NCBI GenBank assembly: GCA_951406725.2
Contig: OX597815.1
Span: forward strand, 61,628,001 to 61,692,000
Direction: 5' to 3'
Source of the DNA: Octopus vulgaris
Lineage: Eukaryota
Length of the DNA stretch: 64,000 nt
The notes under the pieces were generated by a model. It worked only from the letters and a program-made list of their open reading frames with translations, did not search any database and had not been told where the DNA came from. Each line of letters begins with the position of its first letter. Positions within the stretch are counted from its first letter, which is position 1. This document shows positions 33,301 through 49,035 of this stretch, in pieces. The position numbers were made by a program, and so were the translations under genes.

Positions 33301-36300
33301 AGGTTAGCACCGCCGTCGCTACTACAACCACAACCACCACCACCAACAACAACAGCAATAATAATAATAACAACAGCAACAACAACAACAGCATCACCAC
33401 TAATTCCGTCAAGTGTGTCAACCACAGGAATAACAACTACCGCAACAACAACAACACCAACAAGAACAGAAACAGCGGCAACAACTTCTATTTATGCAAC
33501 AATAACAACAACAGCAACTTGTATTATCACTACAACAAGGCTACTACTTGTACTGCTATTACCGCCACATCCACCACCACTAACAACAACAACATCAACA
33601 GGAAGTACTGCATCCGAAACTACGTCGGCGACTGTCGCCGGCCGGTGGACGCCATTACGAAGAATAGGTCGGCTGGTCCGGTTGCGTCTCCGGCCTTCGT
33701 TGGTCCACAAAGGGTTCACCCTTACACGAGACGAGGTTCCTTTGCCCTCGGTACCACCATCACCAGTGAAGCGTCCTCTACAGGCAGAAGCCGTCGAAGT
33801 TGTTATTATCGTGGAATACAACAAACCCTGCCAACCCAACAACAACAACAACAACAGGATCCTCTCCCCCCGTACCTTCGCCACCATCGTCAACGGACCT
33901 GTGACATTACAGATACAACAATTTCTACTACTACTACTATTACCACTCCTACGACTTTTTATACTTATAACGACAACAACAGCAGCAATAACAACAATGA
34001 TCACACGACATTTTTATCATGTTCAGCGCTAAGTGCAGTAACAACAATAACAACATCAGAAGAAGCAATAGCAACAACAATAACAGCAGCGACAACATCG
34101 GCAGCACCGGCAGCAGCAGTAACAACAACAACAACATCTACAACAACGACGACAACGGGAAATCGGTCAACGTCTCAGCTAACAAGTTCGTCACATCACT
34201 CAACGCCACCGTTGACATCGCCGCCATCACCACCGCCGCCACTGTCGTCAGCGTTTAACTCTGGTGATGACAGAATTCCAGCATCATCATCGTCGTGGTC
34301 ACCAGCAACAATAACAACAGCAACAGAGACTGACGACAACGGCGAGGAAACTACCTTTAAAACGGGTAACACCACCACCACCAAGAACAACAACTATAAC
34401 ATTAACGCTGACACCACCGCCAATAACAAAAACAACAGCATCACAATTAACGCCACCACCATCGACAGCACCTCTCCCACCATCTCTGACGATAACGCCG
34501 TCATTACCACCACCAACCTCACCACCGATACTAATACCACCACCACCAACAACAGCGGAAACAATACGATCAACTACGGAATCTTCGGTCATACCAGCAC
34601 CAGTAGCAGTGATAAGCTTACCACTAATACCAGCACCAGTAACATCACGACTATCAACGGAGCGACATTGACTGTAGCAGAGGAGGTGACGTCGCAGAAG
34701 GTGAAGGTAAAGGCGTACAAGTCGACAACGAAGGCTAAGTTGAAGGTGAGGAAGGCGACTACGACGACAACGGTGAATGGTCGGTCGGAGGGGGGCGTGG
34801 CAGCGGTAGCGGAGTGTAGCAGCAGCAGCAGCAGCAGCCGCGCCGTCTACCTGGCTGCTGTCGCCTCTCACCCGCTGTCGGCAATTACTAACTCCAACGC
34901 CACTACCATTACCACAACCAACACCACCTTTGACACTGACGACGGCGAGACTTGCTCAGTCGCCCGCATCGCAATTAGCAACCGTAACAACAACAACGTT
35001 AGTCCTGACGTGAAAGAAGTTACACCACCGCCGTCATCACCTTCAACATCGCCGTCGCTGGTGACAGCAGCACCAACAACAACTACACCAAATAGGAAAG
35101 ACAGTGACGACCACACTATATCGGAGGAGAAATCTCCGGTGTCGGCCATGGCGGTTTCAATCCCGGTGGTCGTCGCTGAGTCGACTGGGGCAGACATGAC
35201 CACCACCACCACCACTTCTACCATCATCACATCAACTGGAACAACAGCGACGCCTTCGTCACCATCACCACCGCCGCCACCACCAGAAACGCCCCCACCC
35301 CCACCCCCACCACCACAGACACCACCGCCACTGCCACCACAATCGCCACCACCACCACCACCACCACCTCCACAGTCACCACCGCCAACACCACCACCAC
35401 CACCACAGCACTTACCCTCATCCCCAGCAACTCTTCCGACACCCCGACCATCTATATCCCCACCGCTTCTACCACCACCACCACCACCACCAACCTCGGC
35501 TTCGCTACCGTCATTGCCATTGACAAAAACAGCAAAAAAAACACAAACGGTGACGAGGCCGGAGGAGAAGGAGAAGGAAGCGGTGACACCAGCAGCAACA
35601 GCAGCAGCAGTAGCAGCAGCAGTAGTAGCAGCTGTGACGGGTGAAAGACCGGTGCTTTCCCCAGCCACCACCACCACCCATACCGCGACTCCGCCAACGA
35701 CTGAATCAAAAACAACAACAACAGCGACCGGATCAACAACAACAACAATAACGCCCGTAACGACAACTACGACGATGACAGCAGTAGCAGCAGCGGCGGC
35801 GGCGGTGGCGACGGCAGCGGCTTCAGTATCAGCAGCAGCCTCGTACTCGACGTGGACCAGCACCACCACCTCCACCACTACGACGGCCGCCACCAGCAGC
35901 AGCAGCAATAACAACATCAGCAGCAGCAGCAGCAACAACAGCAGCAGCAGTAGGCCAACCCAGCAGACCGGCAGTGTTGGCAACATGGATAGACGTAGCT
36001 CAGCCGCGGTTGTAGTGCCACTCATATTAAAACCACCACCACCGCCATCACTAGCAGCTTTAGCCACACTATCATCATCATCATCATCGTCGTCGTCGTC
36101 GTCGTTATCGTCACAACAGAAGACAATATCGTTATCGTCATCGACAACGACGACAACCACAACAACAACATCATCATCATCTTCATCATCTAATAGCAGC
36201 AATCCAAACACCAAGCGCAATTCTTCCACGCGGACTTCTTCGTCCGGTTACACAAGCGTGACGTGTTCACTGGAAGGATCCGAAGAATATCTTAAACCTA

Positions 36301-36587
36301 TTTATCAGGATGGACAGGTGATTTTAGAGGTTGAATGTGGCCAAAATAAGGCCCTTATGTACCTGTCGAAATTATGTCAGGGAAGTAAAGGGCCCTGCAT
36401 TTATTTCCAAGGTTCTTGGTTAACCCCAAATGAATTTCAGTACGTTAGCGGACGCGAATCAGCCAAAGATTGGAAACGCTCTATAAGGCACCACGGCAAA
36501 AGCATGAAACTTTTGCTCTCCAAAGGGATTTTAACTGTACATTCGGCCGTCTGTGACTGCGACGGTTGTCGCATAAGTTCACCTGTG
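30345..36587 (+). CDS. SAMD11: SAMD11-like SAND-domain transcriptional regulator, coding exon 1: giant poly-T/N/Q/H/S/P N-terminus plus SAND domain (~36282-36540)
   Basis: First in-frame ATG at 30345 in good context (ACAATGG); frame is stop-free to the donor GTG|GTAAGT (phase 0). The C-terminal EVECGQNKALMYLSKLCQGSKGPCIYFQGSWLTPNEFQYVSGRESAKDWKRSIRHHGKSMKLLLSKGILTVHSAVCDCDGCRISSPV matches my recollection of vertebrate SAMD11 (EVECGANRALLYVRKLCQGSKGP...KDWKRSIRHKG...SKGILQVHPPICDCPGCRISSPV). KDWK at 36465-36476. The start position is less certain than the domain. Confidence 0.88.
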
Positions 36588-38735
36588 GTAAGTAAACGCA
36601 CTTTATTTGGGGTTTCAGCTGGTTTGTGTGCGTGCTTTATATATATTATATATTATAGCTAATTTTAATTTTAAAAAATCATTTTCATTTTGATATCGGT
36701 GTTATGAAATATGCACGCATGTATGTATGTATGTATGTATGTATGTATGTATGTATGTATGTATGTATGTATGTATGTATGTATGTATGTATGTATATAC
36801 ACATACGCATAGATATGTAATACAACATATCTGTAAAACCAAAAAACGAAAAAAATTATTGATGTAGTTTTAATTTTTGTTTTTAAGTTTTCATTTTGCG
36901 GCGTTTAACTTTAGTAAAAGAAAAAATATTTAGTTGATTTCTTTTTTAAAAAAAGAATTGTTTTATTTTCTGTAACAATTATCGATACTCTCTTCATATA
37001 TGATTTACAACCGAGCCCTACTCGTAGTTAGTTGTTTAAGGGAAGCGGGCGATTTAATTAAGCAATAATATACACATCCCTTTCTCTCCACAAAAATATG
37101 ATCTCTTATGCTAGTTTTGAAAAATATCGTAATCATCATCATCATCATTGTGATTTAGTATAAGTGAACAATTATACTGATAAACAGTAAAACTAGTCAG
37201 GTTTTATGCTACCCCAATCTCGCACGAAAATCGTCGTTAAGGTCTTCACTTAGGTTGGCCAAGTTTCTCTTACTTCGGAAATGCATAAACATCACAGAAA
37301 TCCTATTGTTCCTTTCACACACACGCGTATGTGTATATATATATGTGTATAATATATTTTGCATCATATATACATACACACACATTATCGAATCGTAACT
37401 TTTCGATAAAATAAGTAGCAGGCTGAAGTGAGATCGATATATGATCGATTAGGAATTTTGAAGGTACAGCCCCAGCATTGCCACACTGACAAATGACCAC
37501 AATTAGTAAAAAACCTAAGTGGCCCTTCATAAATAAAGCTGTTGGTGACCCGCGGCAGTAAATTGTGGTAGCCCTTGAATGAAGGACAGTGAATGGTGTC
37601 AGTAGCTATGAGAAAAGCATGAACATCACAACATTTTATTTAGCTTACCCTTTAAATCTAGAAATTGTTTGTGTACGGCCCTTTATTTGGTCGGGGATGC
37701 AGTAAGAAGGAGCTACTATTGCCGGGGCGGACTAGTACCACACGTACTTTTGATTTTCGGGTGAGCTGATATTGCACACTCCACCCGGCTAATGTTCTTC
37801 GGAACAGCATGAACATCTCAAAACCTCATTCAATGTTTGCAGCAGTAACGTTGAAAAAAACCTGAAATTCTGAAAGGAGGGGTTAGTCGGTTACATCAAC
37901 TCCAGTCCTCAACTCGTACTTATTTCATCGACCCCGAAAGGATGAGGGGTATATTCGACCTATGACCCAGGGTGTTCCAACAGCGGCCATCCCGCCTATG
38001 AAAGGGACTTCATTGGTCAAAATGCTTCCTCTTGAATAAAACGGTAGAACGTTATTTGTGGTATATTTGGCTAACATGTCAAGCGATCATCACCATCGTT
38101 TGTAGTTGATGTTGTTTGACGTTGGTCAACTGGATTTTATTATGAAAGCTGTGTCAAACAGTAACCACCACTCCAATTTCCGATATCCAAAACAAAATTC
38201 TTCAATGTGTCGATCCCTTCTTAAGATAAGTCTGAGCTAGATTTAGCTGCTATTTCTACCATCTTCGTCAACAATATAGAGACGTAATATTTTTGCTCGA
38301 CTTAACTTCAAGCTCGATATAAACTTTTCTGAAACTTTTCTTCTACTACCTTGTTTTTAATTTGATTTTGTCATTACTAATTACTAAGAAAATTAATTAA
38401 TTTCTTTATTACAAAGATGTTGGGGGTCTGAGGTTCATCTTCCTTCATTTTTTTCAAAAATATTATTTACCACTTCAAAAAAAAAAAATTCTTTCTCTAT
38501 CTACGAAAACTTTGCTCACTTTTATAAAACTTATTAATCAAGAACGTTTGCTAACTTTCTCTAGTTCATGTTTATTTATGGGTGTGCGTATGTATACGTG
38601 TGTGTATGTAAGTGTATATATGAATTGAATGCGTATATGCCTATGTGTATATATGTTTCAGGTCGTTATCTCTGCTATGACGTTTATATATACACTTACC
38701 AGTCAAATGTACGTACGCTTGTGTGTGTGTATGTG

Positions 38736-38834
<99 letters not shown>

Positions 38835-38849
38835 GTGTGTATATATATA

Positions 38850-38902
<53 letters not shown>

Positions 38903-39062
38903 GTGTGTATATATATATATATGTGTATATATATATATATGTGTGTATATATATATATATATGTGTGTGTGTATATATATATATGTGTGTGTATATATAT
39001 ATATATATATATGCATGTATATATATATATGTATGTATGTATGTATATGTATGTATATATAC

Positions 39063-39167
<105 letters not shown>

Positions 39168-39332
39168 GTATATATATATATACACGTATATATATATATA
39201 CGTATATATATATATGTGTGTGTGTGTGTATGTGCATACGTACGTTGCTGTAGATTGTTGGTATTATGCCAATGTAAGAAATTTTTCTTGTTTTTATTAC
39301 TCCTACGTCACCAAATTTATGTTTACATCGTC

Positions 39333-39393
<61 letters not shown>

Positions 39394-40007
39394 CATACAT
39401 ACATATAGAGAGATAGATATGTATGATGTATTCATATATATATATATGTGTGTGTGTGTAAGTGTATGTATATATTTATTATATATATATATAGCTATGT
39501 GTGAGTGTATGTGTGTATATATTTATAGTTATGTATGTGTATATATGTATATATATATACATATATGATTTTAAGCACACATAACTGCATATTTATTTAT
39601 AGTGTGTGCGTGTTTGTGTTTGAGTACCAAATTCTGTTGTGTACGTGTGTCTGTACCGGACTCTGTCATTGTGTATTTGTTTGTGTACGTAGCGTACGTG
39701 AGTATATGTGTGTGTGTGTAATTGCTTGTGTGTGCGTTCGCTGCGGCAGGCAGCAGCAGCGGCTCCTCCGCAAAAAAGCTGTGGGTGGCTAAGGTGTTGG
39801 GTTGGTAGGGGAAGGATGGGCGGATCACGCCGCCGCCGCCGACAGTGGTGGCAGCGGAGGTGGCGGCTGTGTGTGTGGGGGGATAGTGGGTGGTGATGGA
39901 GACAAGGGGGCGGTCGGCGGAAGCCAGACTAAGAGAGGGAAAGAGGGAGTAGATAATGCAAAGTAACAGACAGCTTTATGTATTTCTGTGTGTGTATATA
40001 TATTATA

Positions 40008-40041
<34 letters not shown>

Positions 40042-40162
40042 CATATATATACATAATATATATATGTATACACATTTTTAATCTGTTGTAAAATTACATA
40101 AGTGGCACAAGGGCTGCGAGTTTCGTGCTGTGGCATACATTATGAAAACTATGTGTGTGCGC

Positions 40163-40214
<52 letters not shown>

Positions 40215-41207
40215 ATGTATATACATATATATGCATATACATAAACGCAACACAAATACATGGATTGTGTATTCAACTTTCTCCAATATATTTTCATAAA
40301 GTCATTTGAAAAAACTTTTGTTTATATTTGATAATATTTTAGCCATTGTTTTCCCTTGGCCAACTCTGAGCAAGACGACCCAAACCAACGACTTGAAGCC
40401 GTGGCCTGTTTTATAATTTCAATTATTAAAAGGTGTCGTGTGCCCCCGTTTCGGTCTTATGGGATGCTTTTAAAATGAAGATTTTGTTGTTGTGTCTAGC
40501 ATTGAGAACAACCAAATAGGAGCTTCGTACTTTGGCGGAAAGTGGTGGTGATGGTCATGGGGAGATCAACAGGTGCGAAAGCAGTGGAAAAACTCGGGTG
40601 GCTACCGGGTATATATTGCTTTCTTTAAAATGAAGTTAGTTTACGTATTTAGAGACACGACAATCAAAAGTCGCGTGTTCGGTTCTTCGAGGGTGGCATC
40701 ATTAATATAATATGTTCGAGTCGAAGTACGGATAGATTTGGAAGATAGTCGGGTGGATCAGATCTCACCCGTAACAGCAACAATTCAAATGGTCGTCCTT
40801 CATCATGTTTGACAGTACTCGTAGGCATCAGTATTAAGGGTACGTACAACTCTGTGAAATACTCGACCACTTGCAGTTGGAAGTCGATAAGCAAATATTT
40901 TATATTAACTGGAACATTCGTTGTCGCTACCGACGGAGGACCATAACAACCCGTTGCTATTATTACATACACCCGTGTGTGTGTGTGTGTGTGCGCGCGC
41001 TGCCGTAAGCTATGGGTATTCTCCTTACTGTTACACTTATATTTCATTATGTAGTCATGCTGGAGCACCACCATATACGCAGACACACAAACATACTAAA
41101 CATGCCCCCAACGTATATATACATACATACACACACACACACATATATATATATCTATATATATATATATATATACATACGTGTATATGTGTGTGTACAA
41201 TGTGTGC

Positions 41208-41282
<75 letters not shown>

Positions 41283-41551
41283 TGTATACAGACATTAGTA
41301 CAGACAACTGTGTGTGTGTGTGTGTGATGTACACTTATTGATTGGCGCCAAACAATAAAAATCGATTAGGTTTGATAAGAGAGGCGCCGATCGCTGTGCT
41401 TAAGGCTCACCGATAATGGAATGGTTTTCTGCCGTTTCACATTTACACTTATCAATATACAACACATATATACACACATGATGTGTTTATGCTTGTGTGT
41501 GTGTGTGCGTGCGTGTATATATATATGTGTGTGTGCATATATATATACGTA

Positions 41552-41613
<62 letters not shown>

Positions 41614-41880
41614 CATATGTACATACACAAACGCATACAGTTCGATAAACAGCTGGCATATTCTTACCTATAAATTACTTAAGCCCCTACCTCCACCGTT
41701 ACCACCCTTCACAAATATATATATATAAATGCGTATATATATATTCGTGTGTGTGTGTGATCTATTTATTTGTTCGTCTCTACTGTTCTGTGAGAGTATG
41801 TATCTGTTTATTAATGTGGATGTCTGCGTGAGTGTGTATTTGTGCCCGTCTCTGTTACGTATATGTATGTGTATGTATAA

Positions 41881-41959
<79 letters not shown>

Positions 41960-42786
41960 CATACATACCCTGAGCCCTGTGTGGGAACAACAGGATTTGG
42001 TGTTTTTTTTTAAACCTAGGTCAATCCTAAACTGCTCGAACTTAATGATCCAAGCATAGTTAAGACATGACCATCTCGCCTCTAAAGCGTCTGTGCCCAG
42101 CCTGTTCTAGTCCCTCTCTCCTTCCATTGCCTAAAAGGACCACTGGTTTAGTCTCCTTTCTGGATCAATTCATTAAAAAGAAAAAAATTAACTCAGGTGT
42201 GGGCGTGAAATCCGGAGGTGGGATTTCAGAAAGCATTACGGAGTGTGTGTGCGCGCGCAATAAAATGATACCAGTAATATACGCTGTTAACCCACCCCTC
42301 TCTTCTCTCCAATTTATAACGTTTCATATTGCCGGTCAAATGTTATATATTCTAATGTGCCATCCGATGGCACTACACCCAACTAAATGTAGACCATGGG
42401 TAATTTTTACTGTCAATCGGAGAGAAGGGTAACAAGTTTTTCAATCAATTTCTGAAGATCGATATAATTGATCCATCATACCCGTGAGGGTTTGTCTATC
42501 TCGACGAGAAAATATTTTTATTATTGGTAGTAGAAGTTATTACTCGGATCACTATCTTTTCGCGGAACAGCATGACTCTCACAACGTCTCATTTCTCCGT
42601 GTCTATCATATTGTTCCTCCACCATCATATTTTTGTTTAAGACGAACCGATTTTAAGCTTTCTGCTCCTCCGTGTCTGTGTGTTCGTCCTGCTAGTGAAA
42701 CTTTTATCCGCTTCGTCGCGTGCTTCTCGTTCACACACATACACACACACAAATGTATATGTGTGTGTGTGTGTGTGTCCAGCTAC

Positions 42787-42825
<39 letters not shown>

Positions 42826-45039
42826 GTACATATACACACACACAGATATATATATATATATATATATAGTATACAACTGTGAGATACAATAAACCTATTA
42901 AAAACTAGGGAACACACACATATATACATACATCTACATATCTATTCCGTTCGTCCACATACAGATACACAACCATACTCGCATTCACGCGCGCACTGAC
43001 TGGAACAGGAGTCACTGAAGCGCAAACAACACCTTCGTCGTAGTCTGCCCATCTCCTCCTTCTTTCCCGCCATCGTCGCCCTATTATCGTCTCTTTTATC
43101 GTCGTCAATAAACTCTCTTCCCCTCTTCCTCCCTCACTCTTTATAAAAATACCCCGTCCCCGTCTCTCTGCTGCCGCCGAGTTCTCTCACCTCTCACCTC
43201 GCCTCCTACCACCTTCAGATCTCTGTCTAACCCCCCTATCTTCCTTGTTTCTCTCTCACTGCCGCTTCGTTTACCCACCGACGCCACCACTAACAGCAGC
43301 AGCGGCAGCACGGCGTCCGTCGCTATCTCCAACACCACCACATTAAGAATAATAGCGGCCGCTGTCCCACACACCTTACATCCATCACGTCTCACCATCA
43401 CGTCTACACTGATACGCCGCCACCACCATCAACAACCACCACCTAGTTCTCTCGTAGATTATCTCCTCCCACTACCTCTCTCTTTCATCTTTCTATCCCA
43501 CATCTACTACCACCTCTCCAACAGCCGCTGCTTTTTTTGTTTTGTTCTCTTTTATGCGTTTTGTTACAATTTTTGTTTTATGCTTTTTTCTCATTTTTTC
43601 AAATATTTTTTTATTTCGTATTTTATTTACTTTTGCTCTTTTCGTGTTTTTATTTTTTGTTTTTCCCGGATTTTTTCCGTTTCTTTTTATTTATTACTTT
43701 GTACTTTGTACTTTGTGAGTTTCTTTTATGGCGTATATATATATGAATGTGTGTATATATATATATATATATATATGAATGTGTATGGGGTACAGGACGT
43801 CATGTATATTGTATGTATATCTGTAATACGTATTTATATGTATGCATGTATATACATACACTCACACACACATGTATATATACTCATAATATATATATAT
43901 ATATATACAAGAAAATCTGCTTCTTATATATTGTGTGTGTGTGGTAAATTCAATCACACACATCAGTATGCAGTATGTGATGTACGAAACTCTGGGCTGT
44001 TGAGTTACTTATGTAACTTTACTGCCGAATAATGTATATACTCTTAGCTTGTATTGAGTTCTTTTTATTCAACCAAGCCCGTAATATATATATATTATAT
44101 ACATACATAATATATACAGATATATACGTATGTGGTATATATATGATCATACAGAGAAATTTTACAATTGACATTGAGTTGAATACACACACACACACAC
44201 GCACACACCCACATTTATATGACGTGTGTGTGTCTGTGTATGTCGCCGGCGAGGCTGTTTGAGGTTGTTGCAGGCTTACCCCGCTTCCCTCTTCCCTCCA
44301 CATATACACTACAAACACCTCCTCCTTCTTTCACTGTGTAATCTTTCGCTCTTACTCCCGTCACTCCCCCTTCCACTCACCTCGTTACAACCGCTTTACC
44401 ACACACATACACACACAAAGAGATATACAAAAACACGAATACACACGTACGCATCCCGTTTCTCTCTCTCGCTCTTTCTCTCTCTGTCTCTTATACCCTC
44501 TCCTCGCCATCTCCCACTCCTTCACTACTTACTGCTGTCTCTCCTCTCTCCTTCACGAGATCGGGTTTTTCCACTTGGCTTCGTTCGTCTCATTCATTAC
44601 GCGCCGGGGCTTGGCTCTTTCTCTCCCTCTCCTCTCATTCTCTATCTTTTCATCTCTTTATCTTATATCTTCCTCCTCTCTAAATATCTCTTACGCTCTC
44701 TACTCTCTCTTTTATTTCATATTTGTGTTTTTTAACGTATTTATTTTTTCTTCCTCTGAAAAGAGTGCGTCGTAGCTCTGAGGCGATCTTAGGCAGCACG
44801 CAAACATATATATACAGACACATAGTCAGAGCGAAACACACATATATGTATGTGCATATATATACATACATGGTATGTATATATTGGCGTCTCCGCTACC
44901 AATCATCATCGTCATCATTTAACGACTTACGTTTTTAGTGCGTGATTTGTTTCTTTGTAACGCCTTAAGATCATTAAAACATACACAATACATATACATA
45001 CATACATTTATACACATATATACATACATTCTTTTCTTT

Positions 45040-45364
45040 TTTTATTCTTTTTATTTGTTTCAGTCATTTGACTACTGCCAAGCTGGAGCACCGCCTTTAG
45101 TCAAACAAATCGACCCCAGACTTGTAATCCTAGTACTTATTCTTTCAGTCTGTTTTGCTGAACCGTTAAGTTACGGGGACGTAGACATGTTACCATCGGT
45201 TGTTAAGCGATGATTGGGGGGTGGGGGACAAACATACATACATATTTACATACATACATATATATATATATATATAAAGTTAATCCAAACAAGAAAACAA
45301 AAACAAAAAAACAGCAACGCAAGGACGTGGAACAAATAAAGTATTATTGGACTCAGGAAAGAAG

Positions 45365-45404
<40 letters not shown>

Positions 45405-45747
45405 AAATTTTTGCGTAATGTGAGATAAAAAAATCCAAAGGTGTGTAAGATATTAGAACATTTATAGATATGTCTTACAGCTGTTTCTATATCCCTTCAT
45501 CGGAGACGATGTGAGAGACAATGCGCTGTCAGGAATTGAACTCCGTGAGCCGAATACCATCACCACTTAGCTATGTGCCGTGGTTAAGTCATAGTTTAGA
45601 TGTCATACAAAATAGAGAGTGAGGTGGAGGAAAGAAAATAGACGCAAGATATGTAGGGATATTGAAGAAGTTGTAGATTCATTTTTTTAGGCAGAATGGT
45701 ATATATGTAGGATTCCAATACCTCATGAGTAAAGTCCAACATATGTG

Positions 45748-45790
<43 letters not shown>

Positions 45791-46080
45791 CTTTACTACC
45801 CACAAGGGGCTAAACACAGAGGGGACAAACAAGGACAGACAAACGGATTAAGTCGATTATATCGACCCCAGTGCGTAACTGGTACTTAGTTTATCGACCC
45901 CGAAAGGATTAAAGGCAAAGTCGACCTCGGCGGTGACGGGTTTCTTTCAGTTTCCGTCTACCAAATGCACTCACAGGGCTTTGGTCGGCCTTGTGCAAAG
46001 TGTCACGCAGTGGGACTGAACCCAGGACTATGTGGTTGGTATGCAAGCTACTTACCACACAGCCAGCCACTCCTGCGCCT
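45040..46080 (-). mobile_element. Cluster of minus-strand SINE fragments (45045-45240, 45510-45580, 45788-45935, 45936-46080)
   Basis: Family 1 tail and head, plus family 3 body (matches 19745-19935). Confidence 0.75.
45472..45507 (-). ncRNA. Degenerate minimal hammerhead motif
   Basis: GTCT-CCGATGA-AGGGATATA-GAAA-CAGCTG-TA^AGAC; palindromic stem III, U4C change in the core. Confidence 0.6.
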
Positions 46081-47014
46081 ATATCTATCTATATATATAT
46101 ATAAAAAATACATACATAATACAATATATATATAATTACCCTATTTATGAATCGGATGTTTTACAAGCATTCGGAGAGAAAGAGAGAGAGCCTTCACCAT
46201 CTCTTATTTTTTCAGTTGTTAAACTGCATGACTTTGAGTTCAATCCCAGTGCACGGCACTTGGGATAAAAGTCAACTAAAGTGTCTTTATAAATTGGAAA
46301 CTGTTTAAGCCCGATGATGATGGATTCTCCCGTTCTTCAGTTGGTGGACCTGGTGTATGTGGATCATAAGAACCATTCGACCATCGTTCATGACCTGGTC
46401 CCCCACTCCTGTCAGCAACCCTTCGTTGCCCCCTCCCCAGTATACCTGGTGATCTATTTTGTTTGTAATGAAGGAGACAGACAGAATAGCATCCCAAGTG
46501 TGTTGTGGACAGTGGTCAATTAATCTCTGGACACAGCCTTGACCCACTTCTAGTCTATAGAATGATCACGGAATGAAACCGAAAGGAGGGGACGTATTTA
46601 GCTGTTAGAAATAGAAGTGAAATTACTACAAATCACTGGCATGGCCTAAATGTAAGGACGGGATGGTCACGGCTGGAATCTTTGTTGATATATGTCTGTT
46701 GAATCAGGATAGACCTGGGTTTGAAGTAATAACGATCGCCAGGATGTGTGTCGTGGGGGTCAATGCCTTTTCCCCTCCCCCAACTGTTCTAAAAACGATG
46801 AACCCAAAGACCCCCCCTACCTACGCTGTACAGAGATGACGTGCCCCACAATCAACTGACATTAAATTCGAAACTCTTCCGGCGCTCCACCCATGACTGA
46901 ACTTCCCCATTGCTCCACCTCTCCATATACAGAATCCCATATGATACAGGTTGGACACGGTTGGCTTAGGAATCACTGTGTGTAGTTGAAAATATGTTTC
47001 TGCATTTGCGTGTC

Positions 47015-47615
<601 letters not shown>

Positions 47616-47657
47616 TATATATGTATATATATATATGTATGTATATATATATGTGTA

Positions 47658-47722
<65 letters not shown>

Positions 47723-47912
47723 TATACATATGTATATATATATGTATATATATATATATGTATATATATAAATAATATATATGTATATATATATATAAAT
47801 AATATATATATATGTATATATATATATAAATAATATATATATATATGTATATATATAAAATATATATATATATATATGTGTATATATATATATATAAATA
47901 ATATATATATAT

Positions 47913-47972
<60 letters not shown>

Positions 47973-48014
47973 TATACATATATATATATATACACATATA
48001 CATACATACATACA

Positions 48015-48562
48015 TGGTGGCTGCCCCCTCGTTATCGAGTATGGCCATTGCACGAAGCTTAATCAATGTTGTTATCGTGCAATGCCTGTGCAAGAAGATT
48101 TTTTTAAGTGAGGAAAGGCTGTGCACTGAGTCAATCCCACTCACTAAGCAACATCAGCCATAATCCGAAAAGAAGAACAAGTCAACATCATCGGTAACCA
48201 CTGAGCCGCAGGTTTTATGTCGGAGTTATCCCAGTTACCTGAGTTACCTTCTCCTAGATGGATGCCCTAACAAAGGCTAGGAATCCTTCACTCCCAATGG
48301 TTTAACCACGCGATCGGGTATTCAGTCCGATTATTTCTGTCCCCGCGCATGATACAGCCTGAAGACATTTATTGGATGGCCGTTGACTCTCAAGAGTTCC
48401 TCCGCCATTTGACGGGTTTTGTTTTTCATTCCGCAGAGTGTCCAATAAACACCCTCCTCACCAAGCAAGCTTGGTGGGGTTGCCGGTTTAGTCGCCGACG
48501 ACCCGACCATGCAACAGATTGTACTGTGTTACATGTTACCAGTAGCACTCAAAAGTGAGCTG
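48015..48562 (-). mobile_element. Probable RTE-derived non-autonomous element
   Basis: GGGCATCCATCTAGGAGAAGGTAACTC resembles a recalled RTE 5'-UTR motif; discrete block flanked by (ACAT)n. Confidence 0.45.
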
Positions 48563-48598
48563 ACATAAACATACATACATACATACATAGATATATCT

Positions 48599-48636
<38 letters not shown>

Positions 48637-48637
48637 T

Positions 48638-49035
48638 AGGCTCTGCTCACCGACCACATGATTTCAGGTTCCGTTTCACTGCCTGGCTCCATGGGCAAGT
48701 GTCTTCTACTATAGCCTCACGCCGATCAAGACCTTGTCAGTGGATTTGGTAGACGAAAACTAAAAGAAGCCCACCGTATATGTGTGTGTGTGTGTATATG
48801 TATTTATGTGTGTCTGTCTTTGACTGTCCTTGTCTCTTCACCGTCGCTTGACAATCGATGCTGGTGTGTTTACGTCCCTGTAACTTAGCGGTTCAGAAAA
48901 GATCGATTGAATACTTACTAGGCATACAAAGAGTATGCCCTGGGGTCGATTTCATCGGCTAAAAAGAAAAACCTTTATGGCAGTGCTCCACCATGGCCGC
49001 AGTCAAATGACTAAAACAAGTAAAAGAATAAAAGA
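48638..49035 (+). mobile_element. SINE family 1 copy
   Basis: Head and tail motifs, diverged. Confidence 0.85.

Noticed and set aside
30359-36229. Antisense poly-V/G/L ORFs (up to 453 aa)
   Set aside because: Shadows of the sense trinucleotide repeats; no domain content.
36282-36540. DEAF1/GMEB/SP100 assignment of the SAND domain
   Set aside because: The CQGSKGP and CDCxGCRISSPV-NR context points to SAMD11.
36588-36662. ORF tail VSKRTLFG...YYS
   Set aside because: Read-through past a consensus GTAAGT donor; homology resumes at 61740.
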